Below, piece by piece: positions 37,930 through 47,426 of a stretch of DNA of 64,000 nt. The stretch lies in the NCBI GenBank assembly GCA_003327435.1, contig QOQV01000001.1, positions 399,917-463,916 on the forward strand, in the 5' to 3' direction. Position 1 is the stretch's first letter; every line of letters starts with the position of its first letter. Both the position numbers and the translations under genes were made by a program. Origin of the DNA: Ignavibacteriota bacterium (GTDB lineage: Bacteria > Bacteroidota > Ignavibacteria > UBA10030 > BY39). Below the pieces are notes generated by a model, which saw only the letters and a program-made list of their open reading frames with translations, searched no databases and was not told the origin of the DNA.

Positions 37930-37998
37930 TATCGCTTTCATTTTTCCTGGAGATCCTAACTCACAAAGTTAGGACACACTCCAGAAAATCCAGCGATA
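37930..37998 (-). promoter_or_regulatory. Structured 5' leader of rpsB (nested stem-loops), candidate autoregulatory element
   Basis: Outer stem tatcgct(37930-36)/agcgata(37992-98) encloses hairpin ctggag(37947-52)...cctaact(37955-61)/agttagg(37967-73)...ctccag(37979-84). Sits 35-100 nt upstream of the rpsB start. Confidence 0.3.
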
Positions 37999-38014
37999 TG
38001 CTTGATTAAAAAAA

Positions 38015-38401
38015 TTATCTCTTTGAGAATTGGAAGCGCTTGCGAGCTTTTTTCTGCCCGTATTTTTTTCTTTCTACCATTCTCGGGTCACGTGTCAATA
38101 AGCCAGCATTACGAAGTGTGTTTCTGAGTTCCTCATTAGCTGCAACCAGAGCACGTGCAATACCTAATTTTAAAGCTCCAGCTTGCCCAGTAGGACCACC
38201 ACCTTCAACAGTTGCACTTATATCATACTTTCCAAGTGTTTCAGTTAGAGTTAATGGAGAGAGTATTTCATTTCGATATGTTTCAATTTTGAAATATTGA
38301 TCAAGCGGTCTGTTATTAACAATAATTTCTCCACTACCATTTTTAAGTACAACTCTTGCGACTGCTGTTTTACGTCTTCCAACTGTAATTATATTTTGCA
38401 T
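38015..38401 (-). CDS. rpsI: 30S ribosomal protein S9
   Basis: 128 aa; S9 C-terminal [17 protein letters not shown]. Confidence 0.95.
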   Translation of the reverse strand: MQNIITVGRRKTAVARVVLKNGSGEIIVNNRPLDQYFKIETYRNEILSPLTLTETLGKYDISATVEGGGPTGQAGALKLGIARALVAANEELRNTLRNAGLLTRDPRMVERKKYGQKKARKRFQFSKR

Positions 38402-38411
38402 TTAAAATTCC

Positions 38412-38870
38412 TTATATATTCAACTTTTCTGGTTTTTGAGCTGAATGTGGATGATTGGGACCAGAATAAACTTTGAGCTTCTGGATTATTTTCCTACCCA
38501 ATCTGTTATGTGGTATCATACCTTTTACAGCGTGAATGATAACCTTTTCTGGTTTAGTTTTTATTAATTCTTTAAAAGATTCAAATGTTGCACCGCCGGG
38601 ATAACCTGTGTAATGAAAATATTGTTTTTGCTCAGCGCGCTTACCGGTAAGTTTCACTTTTTCTGCATTAACAACAATTACAAAATCCCCCAAATCTGCA
38701 TTCGGGGTAAATTCAGGTTTGTGTTTACCTCTTAGTATATGGGCAATACGGGATGCCAATCTACCAAGAGTTTTACCTTCGGCATCAACCAGATACCATT
38801 TTTTCTGTATCTCTTCGTTTTTGAAGAAATATGTTAATTTTTCGTTCAGACTCACTTTAAAATTCTCCAA
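38412..38870 (-). CDS. rplM: 50S ribosomal protein L13
   Basis: 152 aa; L13 family ([17 protein letters not shown]). Confidence 0.95.
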   Translation of the reverse strand: MENFKVSLNEKLTYFFKNEEIQKKWYLVDAEGKTLGRLASRIAHILRGKHKPEFTPNADLGDFVIVVNAEKVKLTGKRAEQKQYFHYTGYPGGATFESFKELIKTKPEKVIIHAVKGMIPHNRLGRKIIQKLKVYSGPNHPHSAQKPEKLNI

Positions 38871-38935
38871 TAATGAGCAAATTTTGCAATTTTTATTTAT
38901 TTAGATACTAAATTTAGTAAAATTTTGAATAATAG

Positions 38936-39808
38936 TCAACATTTCTCGTTTTTTAAAATTATTTTTTCCGCATGATACGAAGAACGAACCAATGGTCCAG
39001 ATTCAATCTGTAAAAATCCCAAGCTATCACCAAACTCTTTATATTTTTTAAATTGATCGGGATGAACAAACCTCTTAACTGGTAAGTGTTCTCTGGTTGG
39101 TTGAAGGTATTGTCCAATAGTGACTATATCACATCCTGAATTTTTTAAATCGTTCAACACTTCAAAAACTTCATCATCATTTTCACCAAGCCCAACCATT
39201 AATCCCGACTTTGTAATGAATCCTCTTTTTTTAGCACGAGTTAATAGCTGCAATGACCGTTCATATTTTGCCTGGGGTCTAACAATTGGATACAATCGCG
39301 GAACAGTTTCAATATTATGATTTAAAACATCAGGAAAAGAATCAAGTAGAATGTTAAGTGCAAATTCGTCTCCTTTAAAGTCAGGAATTAGTACTTCAAC
39401 TTTGCATTCAGGATTTAGTTTCCGAATCTGTCTGACTGTTTCAGCAAATATTGATGCCCCGCCATCAAAAAGCTCATCACGATTCACTGAAGTTACAACA
39501 GCATATTTAAGTTTCATCATCCTTACAGCATTTGCAACTCGTAATGGTTCTTGGGCATCGATCTCAGTTGGCATTCCAGTCTTCACTGCACAGAATCCAC
39601 AACTGCGTGTACAAATATCACCTAATATCATAAAAGTTGCAGTACCACTATTCCAGCATTCGCCCATATTAGGACACCTGGCTTCTGAACAGACAGTATG
39701 AAGCCGTTGCTTTTCAATGATGGATTTTACATCGCTAAAATTTTGACCCTGTGGTATTCTTACTTTCAACCAATCAGGTCGTTTTATGTTGTTTTCTTCC
39801 TTATACAA
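38936..39808 (-). CDS. lipA: Lipoyl synthase (radical SAM)
   Basis: 290 aa; CPNMGECW auxiliary cluster and CTRSCGFCAV radical-SAM motif. Confidence 0.95.
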   Translation of the reverse strand: MYKEENNIKRPDWLKVRIPQGQNFSDVKSIIEKQRLHTVCSEARCPNMGECWNSGTATFMILGDICTRSCGFCAVKTGMPTEIDAQEPLRVANAVRMMKLKYAVVTSVNRDELFDGGASIFAETVRQIRKLNPECKVEVLIPDFKGDEFALNILLDSFPDVLNHNIETVPRLYPIVRPQAKYERSLQLLTRAKKRGFITKSGLMVGLGENDDEVFEVLNDLKNSGCDIVTIGQYLQPTREHLPVKRFVHPDQFKKYKEFGDSLGFLQIESGPLVRSSYHAEKIILKNEKC

Positions 39809-39815
39809 ATATTCC

Positions 39816-41102
39816 TCAGCTTATTTCTTTAAATTCTTCAAGATATTTGACCACCCTCTCAAGAAACATACCACCAAGTGCACCATCTATTATTCTATGA
39901 TCAAATGAAAGTGTCAGATACGATATGGATCTTATAGCAATAGCATCATTGATCACGACAGGTTGTTTTTTAATTGCACCAATTCCAAGAATTGCAACAT
40001 TAGGTTGGTTGATTATTGGAATTCCTATAATATTTCCAAACACACCATAATTTGTAAATGTAAATGTTGCACCTTCAATATCTGCTGGGGTTAGGCGTTT
40101 ACTTCTGGTACGTACAGCGAGATCATTTATAGAACGGGCTAATCCGATAAAGTTTTTTTCATCTGCATTTTTAATAACTGGGACAATAAGCCCTTGATCG
40201 GATGCGACAGCCATACCAAGATTTATAAACTTCTTTACAATTATTTTATCACCCTCAACTGAACTATTGATTAGAGGAAATTCTTTCAGAGCCTTAACAA
40301 TAGCGTTAGCAATAAATGGTGTGTAAGTTAATTTAAAACCTTCGTTCCGTTCAAATTCTTCCGCATATTTATCTCGGTAATTTACAATGTTAGTCATATC
40401 ACAATCTGATATTGCCTGAACATGCGGGGAAACTGCAACACTTTTGACCATATGTTCAGCCATCTTTTGCAAAATATTCGACATCTGCAGGATTTCATAT
40501 TTTGGTGGTGGATATTTTGCAGCTAATTCACCAGCATCAACAATTTTCATCGTGGTTTCAATTTTAGGTGATACAGGTTTTGGTTCTTCCCTTTCAACAG
40601 GAACAGCCTTTACACTTTCTCTTGTTCGGATGTAATTTAGAATATCCTTTTTACTTACTCTTCCACCAATACCAGTTCCATGAATTTTTTCCAACTCTTC
40701 CATGCTGATACCTTCCTGTCGTGCAATGTTGAGTACAAGAGGAGAATAGAAACGGGAGGTTTGCGTTTTTTCAGCTTTTTCTACTTTTGGAGATTCAATT
40801 ATTATTTTTTCTTCCTTCTTTACCTCAGGTTCTGGTGCTTCGGTTTTTGCCGCAACTTCACCCTCGGTTTCAATTTCAGCAATCACAGTTTTGATTGCAA
40901 CTGTTTCTTGTTCTTTAAACAAAATTTTTGTTACTATTCCAGTTGCTGGAGATGGGATTTCTGAATCGACTTTATCCGTGCTAATTTCAAGTAGCGTTTC
41001 ATCCTTCTTAATAGGATCACCAACTTTTTTATACCATTTTACTATTGTGCCCTCGGTTAATGATTCACCGAGTTGAGGCATTATAACTTCTATTTTTGCC
41101 AT
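39816..41102 (-). CDS. 2-oxoacid dehydrogenase E2 (dihydrolipoamide acyltransferase) with N-terminal lipoyl domain
   Basis: 428 aa. Lipoyl-lysine context EISTDKVDSEI, peripheral-subunit-binding domain, catalytic DHRIIDGA. Confidence 0.9.
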   Translation of the reverse strand: MAKIEVIMPQLGESLTEGTIVKWYKKVGDPIKKDETLLEISTDKVDSEIPSPATGIVTKILFKEQETVAIKTVIAEIETEGEVAAKTEAPEPEVKKEEKIIIESPKVEKAEKTQTSRFYSPLVLNIARQEGISMEELEKIHGTGIGGRVSKKDILNYIRTRESVKAVPVEREEPKPVSPKIETTMKIVDAGELAAKYPPPKYEILQMSNILQKMAEHMVKSVAVSPHVQAISDCDMTNIVNYRDKYAEEFERNEGFKLTYTPFIANAIVKALKEFPLINSSVEGDKIIVKKFINLGMAVASDQGLIVPVIKNADEKNFIGLARSINDLAVRTRSKRLTPADIEGATFTFTNYGVFGNIIGIPIINQPNVAILGIGAIKKQPVVINDAIAIRSISYLTLSFDHRIIDGALGGMFLERVVKYLEEFKEIS

Positions 41103-41117
41103 AAAACATTCTCCATT

Positions 41118-42095
41118 TTAATATTCATTTAACTTTTTTAATGCATTAAAAATTTTATTTTCATCAGGTAAAAAATAATTTTCAAGTGGCGGACTATAAG
41201 GGACAGGAGTATCGAGTGCTGCAACACGCATTATTGGTGCGTCCAAATATTCAAAAATATTTTCAGTAATCAATGCTGAAATTTCAGCACCAATACCACC
41301 AGTAACCGTATCCTCGTGAACTATTAATGCTTTACCTGTCTTTTTGACTGATTTAAATATTGTATCCTTATCCAATGGGATTAGCGATCTTAAATCAACA
41401 ATCTCAGTTTCTGCACCGATTTCTGCATATAGTCGATCAGCAGCTTTTAAAGACCAATGTAACATACTTCCATATGTGATTACTGTCAAATCAACACCAG
41501 ATCTTTTTACGTCAGCTGAACCGATTGGTAAAACATAATCTAAATCAGGCACCTCACCTTTAATGTTACGATAGAGATACTTATGCTCAATATAAAGAAC
41601 TGGATTGGGATCTCTTATAGCAGCTTTTATAAGTCCTTTCGCATCATAGGGAGTTGCTGGTGCAACGATTTTCAATCCCGGAACATGAAAAAACCATGCT
41701 TCTGGATTTAGAGAGTGAAAAGGACCTCCGTGAATTTTTCCACCTGAGGGTAGTCGTACAACAATTGGAAGCGGAATATTCCATCTAAAATAAGTTTTCG
41801 CTGCGTTATTCACTAACTGAGTGAAGGCATTGGTAACAAAATCCGCAAACTGCATTTCAGCAATTGGTTTTAATCCGGCTAAGGCTGCACCTATTGCTGC
41901 ACCTACAATAGCCGATTCAGCTATCACAGTATCAATTACTCTTTTTTCTCCAAATTTTTCAAGAAATCCTTTAGTTGCTTTGAAGGCGCCACCATATGTA
42001 CCAATATCCTCACCTAAAAGAAATACAGATTCATCTCTTTCCATTTCCTCCCACATACCTTTTGAAATCGCTTCTATGTATGATAGAACAGGCAT
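41118..42095 (-). CDS. 2-oxoacid dehydrogenase E1 component, beta subunit
   Basis: 325 aa; transketolase-like Pyr and C-terminal domains (EDIGTYGGAFKAT). Confidence 0.9.
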   Translation of the reverse strand: MPVLSYIEAISKGMWEEMERDESVFLLGEDIGTYGGAFKATKGFLEKFGEKRVIDTVIAESAIVGAAIGAALAGLKPIAEMQFADFVTNAFTQLVNNAAKTYFRWNIPLPIVVRLPSGGKIHGGPFHSLNPEAWFFHVPGLKIVAPATPYDAKGLIKAAIRDPNPVLYIEHKYLYRNIKGEVPDLDYVLPIGSADVKRSGVDLTVITYGSMLHWSLKAADRLYAEIGAETEIVDLRSLIPLDKDTIFKSVKKTGKALIVHEDTVTGGIGAEISALITENIFEYLDAPIMRVAALDTPVPYSPPLENYFLPDENKIFNALKKLNEY

Positions 42096-43087
42096 TAATT
42101 GATCTCCATAAAAACCTTGAATAAATTTTCAGTTGGAGAAGGATCTGGTGCATTTGTAGCAAAATTCACAGCATCTTCGATTTCAGATTTTATTTTTACA
42201 AGAATTTCTTTTTTAAGAGATTCATTTAAAATATTTTTATCTAATAAAAGCTTCTCAAACTTCTCGATTGGATCTTTTTCCCGCCATTTTTCTAATTCTG
42301 CTTTCGGCACATACCATGCATCATCGTATGCTGCATGGCCTTGCATTCGCATCGTAACAGATTCTATTATTGAAGGTCCTTCACCTCTTCGTGCTCTTTC
42401 AATTGCTTCCTTGCATACACTGTAAACTTCAAGCACATCAGTTCCATCGATCGTCACACCAGGTATTCCATAACCAATTGCACGATCAGAAAATTGTCTG
42501 GCAATTGTCTGCTTATAAACAGGAGTCGAATATGCATATTGGTTATTTTCGATTATAAGGACTAAAGGTAATTTTAAAACAGATGCGAAAGCCAACGCTT
42601 CGTGGAAATCTCCTACATTGCTACCACCTTCGCCTATATAATTTAAAACCACATTATTTTCATTTTTATATTTAATAGCAAGTGCAACACCTGCAGCAAC
42701 TGGAATCATCGCACCAAGATGGCTAATGTTTCCGTAGATTCTGAGTTTTGGGTCTGCATAGTGTCCACTTCCATCTCGACCTTTAGTTGGGCTATCCGCC
42801 TTACCCAGATACTGCAGCATCATAGTCCTAAGATTTTGACCTTTTACAAAATGTGCTCCTGAATCTCGGTGCATTGGAAAAAGGTAGTCAGTTGAAATCA
42901 AAGCATAGGCACTTCCTATCGCTGTGGCTTCATTGCCCATACCACTATACACACCACCTACAATCTTACCCTGCCGATAAAGATTTAAGACACTGTTTTC
43001 AAATTGTCTCATTAAATTCATAAAGTAATACAACTTAATAAAATCTTCATCAGTGAGATTTTGAAGATATATACTCGAAGTTTTCAT
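42095..43087 (-). CDS. 2-oxoacid dehydrogenase E1 component, alpha subunit (TPP-binding)
   Basis: 330 aa; TPP motif GEGGSNVGDFHEALAFAS...NN. Confidence 0.9.
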   Translation of the reverse strand: MKTSSIYLQNLTDEDFIKLYYFMNLMRQFENSVLNLYRQGKIVGGVYSGMGNEATAIGSAYALISTDYLFPMHRDSGAHFVKGQNLRTMMLQYLGKADSPTKGRDGSGHYADPKLRIYGNISHLGAMIPVAAGVALAIKYKNENNVVLNYIGEGGSNVGDFHEALAFASVLKLPLVLIIENNQYAYSTPVYKQTIARQFSDRAIGYGIPGVTIDGTDVLEVYSVCKEAIERARRGEGPSIIESVTMRMQGHAAYDDAWYVPKAELEKWREKDPIEKFEKLLLDKNILNESLKKEILVKIKSEIEDAVNFATNAPDPSPTENLFKVFMEIN

Positions 43088-43096
43088 TTTAAACTT

Positions 43097-45163
43097 TTAA
43101 TACTGAGCTAATTTTTCAAGAGCTTGGATAATATTTTCTGTTTGAGGTAACATTGCATACTCGAGTTGTGGTGCATAAGGTACAGGTGTGTCTTTTGCTG
43201 CAACACGCATAATTGGTGCATCAAGATATTCAAATGCTTCGTTACTGATAATAGCTGCAATTTCTCCACCAAACCCACTAAACAGAGTTTCTTCATGTAC
43301 GATTAATACCTTACCTGTTTTCTTAACCGAACTTAATATTGTATCTTTATCAAGTGGATTTAGTGTACGCAAATCTATCACTTCAACACTATAACCTTTT
43401 TCTTCAAGTTTACGGGCTGCTTCCAGTGATCTCTGAACCATCATTCCATATGTAACAATTGAAATATCTTCACCAGATTTTTTTATCTTAGCTAATCCAA
43501 ATGGAATCAAATAATCCTTGTCTGGTTCTGGAGTAGCAGCAAAGCTCTGTCGATACATTCCTTTGTGTTCAAGAAAAAGTACAGGATCTTCACTACGGCA
43601 TGCTGTTTTTAGAAGGCCTTTTGCATCTGCAGCATTTGAAGGAAACACAACTCTTAAGCCAGGAGTATGTGTAAAGAAGGACTCAATGGATTGGCTATGG
43701 TACAAACCTCCATGGATATAACCACCAACTGCAACTCGAATTACCACCGGACACGACCATGTGTTGTTTGATCTATACCTCATCATAGAAAGTTCATCTC
43801 TGATTTGCATAAAAGCAGGCCAGATGTAATCTCCAAACTGGATTTCAACGACAGGTTTCCAACCTCGCAGAGCTAAACCTATTGCCGTACCAACAATACT
43901 TGCTTCAGCAAGTGGGGAATTAAAAACGCGCTCCTTACCAAATTTTGCAGTCAAACCTTTTGTTACAGTAAAAACACCACCTTTATCACCAGCCACATCC
44001 TCACCATAAATCAGCATCTTAGGATTGTATTCCAGTTCTTCTGCTAACGCATGATTGATTGCATCAACCATTACAACATTTGGACCTTCAAAATTTTTTT
44101 CAACAAAATTTTCTTTTGATACGATCTGATTTGGTGAATACACATACAATTCAACAGTTGAAGGATCAGCCTGTGGTTGTGCTTCTGCCCAATCAGCTAC
44201 TTCATTAACTTCTTTTGCGATTAATTCCTTTAGTTCTTCCAATTGTTCCTGTGTTGAAAATTTATTTTCAATCAGAAATTTTTCAAACTTCGGAATCGGA
44301 TCCCGTAACTTATCCTTCTCGAGTTCTTCTTGTGATCTGTATTTTCTCTGATCATCTGAAGAAGAATGTGGAAATAGGCGAACTACATCTGATTCGATTA
44401 GGGCTGGACCTTTTCCGCTTCGTGCTTTTGATATTGCATCTTTGGCAGCTTTATAAACCTCAAAAAAGTCGGTGCCATCAACAAAATATCTGTTTAATCC
44501 TTTAAATCCTTCCGTAAGTGTATATATTGAGCCGGTAGCTATCTGTTCTTCGAGAGGGACTGAAATTGCGTACTTATTATTTTGAATATGAAAAATAACT
44601 GGAAATTTTTCTCTTGTTGACCAATTAAGGGCTTCCCAGAACTCACCTTCACTTGTTGTACCTTCCCCAGAGGAAACATACACGACTTCATCAGTACCTT
44701 CCTTAACAGCACCCATAGCCGTACCAACTGCCTGTAAAAATTGTGTGCCGGTACAACTGGACTGAGAAGGAATTCGCAACTTCTTATTTCCGTAATGGCA
44801 GGGCATAGCTCTACCACCTGAGCTTGGACCAGCAGCACGATGCAAAGCTTCCAATAAAATTCCTTGAGGTGTTTCTCCAAAAGCTAATGCAAATGCGATA
44901 TCACGATAATAAGGATACGCCCAATCAACGCCTTGTTTCATTGCTTTTGCTATTGCAACTTGTGCAGCTTCATGTCCAGGTGCCCCAATGTGAAAGAACT
45001 GTTTACCCTGTTTCAAAAATGTTATTTGCTTTTCATCAAGTTTACGAGATAAGAACATCAAACGATAAATTTCGATCAAATCACTTTGAGTGAGATCAAG
45101 CATAATATTTGAATCTATACCATTATTTTTAATCTTTGATTCTATTGTTTTACTTGTGACCAT
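43097..45163 (-). CDS. Fused alpha/beta E1 component of a second 2-oxoacid dehydrogenase complex
   Basis: 688 aa. N-terminal alpha-like TPP-binding part (SGEGTTSEGEFWEALNWS) fused to a C-terminal beta-like part (GEDVAGDKGGVFTVT...). Confidence 0.8.
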   Translation of the reverse strand: MVTSKTIESKIKNNGIDSNIMLDLTQSDLIEIYRLMFLSRKLDEKQITFLKQGKQFFHIGAPGHEAAQVAIAKAMKQGVDWAYPYYRDIAFALAFGETPQGILLEALHRAAGPSSGGRAMPCHYGNKKLRIPSQSSCTGTQFLQAVGTAMGAVKEGTDEVVYVSSGEGTTSEGEFWEALNWSTREKFPVIFHIQNNKYAISVPLEEQIATGSIYTLTEGFKGLNRYFVDGTDFFEVYKAAKDAISKARSGKGPALIESDVVRLFPHSSSDDQRKYRSQEELEKDKLRDPIPKFEKFLIENKFSTQEQLEELKELIAKEVNEVADWAEAQPQADPSTVELYVYSPNQIVSKENFVEKNFEGPNVVMVDAINHALAEELEYNPKMLIYGEDVAGDKGGVFTVTKGLTAKFGKERVFNSPLAEASIVGTAIGLALRGWKPVVEIQFGDYIWPAFMQIRDELSMMRYRSNNTWSCPVVIRVAVGGYIHGGLYHSQSIESFFTHTPGLRVVFPSNAADAKGLLKTACRSEDPVLFLEHKGMYRQSFAATPEPDKDYLIPFGLAKIKKSGEDISIVTYGMMVQRSLEAARKLEEKGYSVEVIDLRTLNPLDKDTILSSVKKTGKVLIVHEETLFSGFGGEIAAIISNEAFEYLDAPIMRVAAKDTPVPYAPQLEYAMLPQTENIIQALEKLAQY

Positions 45164-45888
45164 TCATCATTCCTTATATTTATTTTATTAATCAGGTTAA
45201 TAAAATCTTTGTCATTTAAGTAACTAATTTTACAATTAAAAACTAGTTCAAAATTTTTTAATAACTTGCTAACAACATCTATCATATTAATTTCACGATT
45301 CAATAATGATTGCATTGATGTTACACCTTTATGGAAAATACCACAAGGTATAATTCTATCGAAGTATGACAAATCAGTATTAACATTTAAAGCAAATCCA
45401 TGCATGGTAATCCATCTGTAAACTTTTACTCCAATAGCTGCAATTTTGTTATTGTTAATCCAGACACCAGTAAAATTTGGATCATGTTTTGCGATAATGT
45501 TAAAATCTTTAAGTGTTAAAATTATTATTTGCTCAAGATCCCTTAAATAGCGATGAATATCAAGATAATACCTGTTTAAATCAATGATTGGATAACCTAC
45601 CAACTGACCTGGACCATGATAGGTAATATCTCCACCACGATCGATAAAAAAAACTTCAATACCCCGTGAACGTAGTTCTTGATTGTTTGCAAGCAGATGG
45701 TTTTCTGAACCAGTTTTCCCGATAGTATAGACATGCTCATGCTCATTTAATAATATTATATCTTTTATATGTTTTTTCTCTATCAGAGATAATAATTCTT
45801 TTTGTAATTTCCAGGTGTTTTCAAACTTTGTCCTCCCCAGATATGTAGCAAGTACTTCGTTCATTTTAAATATGTATTGCTTCACCAA
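45142..45888 (-). CDS. lipB: Octanoyltransferase LipB
   Basis: 248 aa as called (a likely true start is Met9, near 45864). LipB motifs EHEHVYTIGKTG and RGGDITYHGPGQ. Confidence 0.8.
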   Translation of the reverse strand: MVKQYIFKMNEVLATYLGRTKFENTWKLQKELLSLIEKKHIKDIILLNEHEHVYTIGKTGSENHLLANNQELRSRGIEVFFIDRGGDITYHGPGQLVGYPIIDLNRYYLDIHRYLRDLEQIIILTLKDFNIIAKHDPNFTGVWINNNKIAAIGVKVYRWITMHGFALNVNTDLSYFDRIIPCGIFHKGVTSMQSLLNREINMIDVVSKLLKNFELVFNCKISYLNDKDFINLINKINIRNDEWSQVKQ

Positions 45889-47266
45889 ATGCGTCTGCTG
45901 CCGCTTCCATTACTGCTTCGGAAAGTGTGGGATGTGCATGAATTGTTTTCATTATTTCTTGTGCTGTTGTACCAAGAGTTCTTGCAACTCCAAGTTCAGC
46001 AATCATTTCTGTAGCATCACTACCAAGTATATGTGCACCTAATAATTCACCATATTTCTCATCAAAAATTAATTTTACCAGCCCATCTGTTTCACCAATT
46101 GCTCTGGCTTTTCCACTTGCAGTAAATGGAAACCTGCCTATTTTCAATTTAAAACCACGCTTGTTTGCCTCTTCTTCGGTGAGTCCAATACTTGCGACCT
46201 GAGGTTGGCAATATGTACATCCAGGTACATTATCGTAATCGACAACAGGTGGGTTTTTTCCTGCTATTGCTTCAACACAGGTAATTCCCTCAGCAGAAGC
46301 AACATGAGCCAGCAATGGCGGACCAATAACATCACCTATTGCATATATACCTTGTATATTGGTTCGATAGTATTCATCGACTTTAATAAAGCTTTTCTCA
46401 TAACGAATACCAATCTCATCCAGTCCAATATTCTCTACATTTCCCTGCACACCGATTGCCATCAAGGCTAGATCTCCTTCAACTTCATTTTGTTTTCCAT
46501 CAGAAGAAAGTGAAATCCTTACTTTATCACCAACAGAAGCTTTTTCTACTTTACTATTTGTTAAAATCTCAATACCAGATTTCTTAAAGATGCTTTCTAA
46601 TAATTTGGTAATTTCTTTATCCTCTATTGGTAAGATAGATGGCATCATTTCTATAAGTGTAACTTTTGTACCGAATGTATTATAAAAATACGCAAATTCA
46701 ACTCCGATAGCTCCAGCTCCAATTATCAACATACTTTTGGGAGGTTCGGTTAGCAACATTGCTTCTGTGGAAGTGATAATTTTTTTCCCGTCAATATTAA
46801 TTCCCGGAATCGTTCTTGGTCTAGCACCAGTAGCAATTATGATATGTTTTGCGGTAACTACTTCAGTGATTTTCCCTTCTTTCGAAACTTCAATTTTACC
46901 ATTAGAAATAATTTTGCCAAATCCGGATATGTGATTAATTTTATTTTTTTTAAAAAGATATTCTATACCTTTTGAATTTCTATGGGCAACATCGCGACTT
47001 CTCTTAATAATTTTCTTAAAATCGAATTTGATATTGTCCAAGTTAATTCCGAATTCTTCGGAATGTTTTATATGGTTATATATTTCAGCATTTTTTAGCA
47101 GGGCTTTTGTCGGGATACATCCCCAATTTAAGCAAACACCTCCGAGTTTATCTTTCTCAATTACGGTAACTTTAAAACCAAGCTGTGCAGCCCGAATTGC
47201 AGCAACATAACCACCTGGTCCACCACCTAAAATTGCAATATCATAATTTTTATCTTCCATATTCAA
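45866..47266 (-). CDS. lpdA: Dihydrolipoyl dehydrogenase (E3)
   Basis: 466 aa; FAD-binding GGGPGGY; redox-active disulfide GGVCLNWGCIPTK; C-terminal HAHPT dimer-interface motif. Confidence 0.95.
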   Translation of the reverse strand: MNMEDKNYDIAILGGGPGGYVAAIRAAQLGFKVTVIEKDKLGGVCLNWGCIPTKALLKNAEIYNHIKHSEEFGINLDNIKFDFKKIIKRSRDVAHRNSKGIEYLFKKNKINHISGFGKIISNGKIEVSKEGKITEVVTAKHIIIATGARPRTIPGINIDGKKIITSTEAMLLTEPPKSMLIIGAGAIGVEFAYFYNTFGTKVTLIEMMPSILPIEDKEITKLLESIFKKSGIEILTNSKVEKASVGDKVRISLSSDGKQNEVEGDLALMAIGVQGNVENIGLDEIGIRYEKSFIKVDEYYRTNIQGIYAIGDVIGPPLLAHVASAEGITCVEAIAGKNPPVVDYDNVPGCTYCQPQVASIGLTEEEANKRGFKLKIGRFPFTASGKARAIGETDGLVKLIFDEKYGELLGAHILGSDATEMIAELGVARTLGTTAQEIMKTIHAHPTLSEAVMEAAADAFGEAIHI

Positions 47267-47314
47267 TTTCTCTATATTAATTTTCAGAATATTCTAATTT
47301 AAGAACCTATAAAA

Positions 47315-47335
47315 ATCTAAATTGATCATTTAGAT
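47315..47335. promoter_or_regulatory. Near-perfect palindrome in the lpdA/POT-transporter divergent region (candidate operator)
   Basis: ATCTAAAT-TGATCA-TTTAGAT (7-nt arms around an internal TGATCA palindrome), about 90 nt upstream of the POT transporter start. Confidence 0.3.
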
Positions 47336-47426
47336 ATAATACTTTTTATGAATATAAAAAAACCGATTCTGAAATGCAAAGATTGAAATTCATAAAAAAT
47401 TATTTTATCTTTAGAGAAAAATTAAT

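Noticed and set aside
43097-45163. Fused E1 considered as a possible transketolase or DXP synthase
   Set aside because: The N-terminal part aligns in motif order with E1-alpha TPP-binding regions, and the C-terminal part with E1-beta. Its position inside an E2/E3/lipA/lipB operon supports an E1 assignment.
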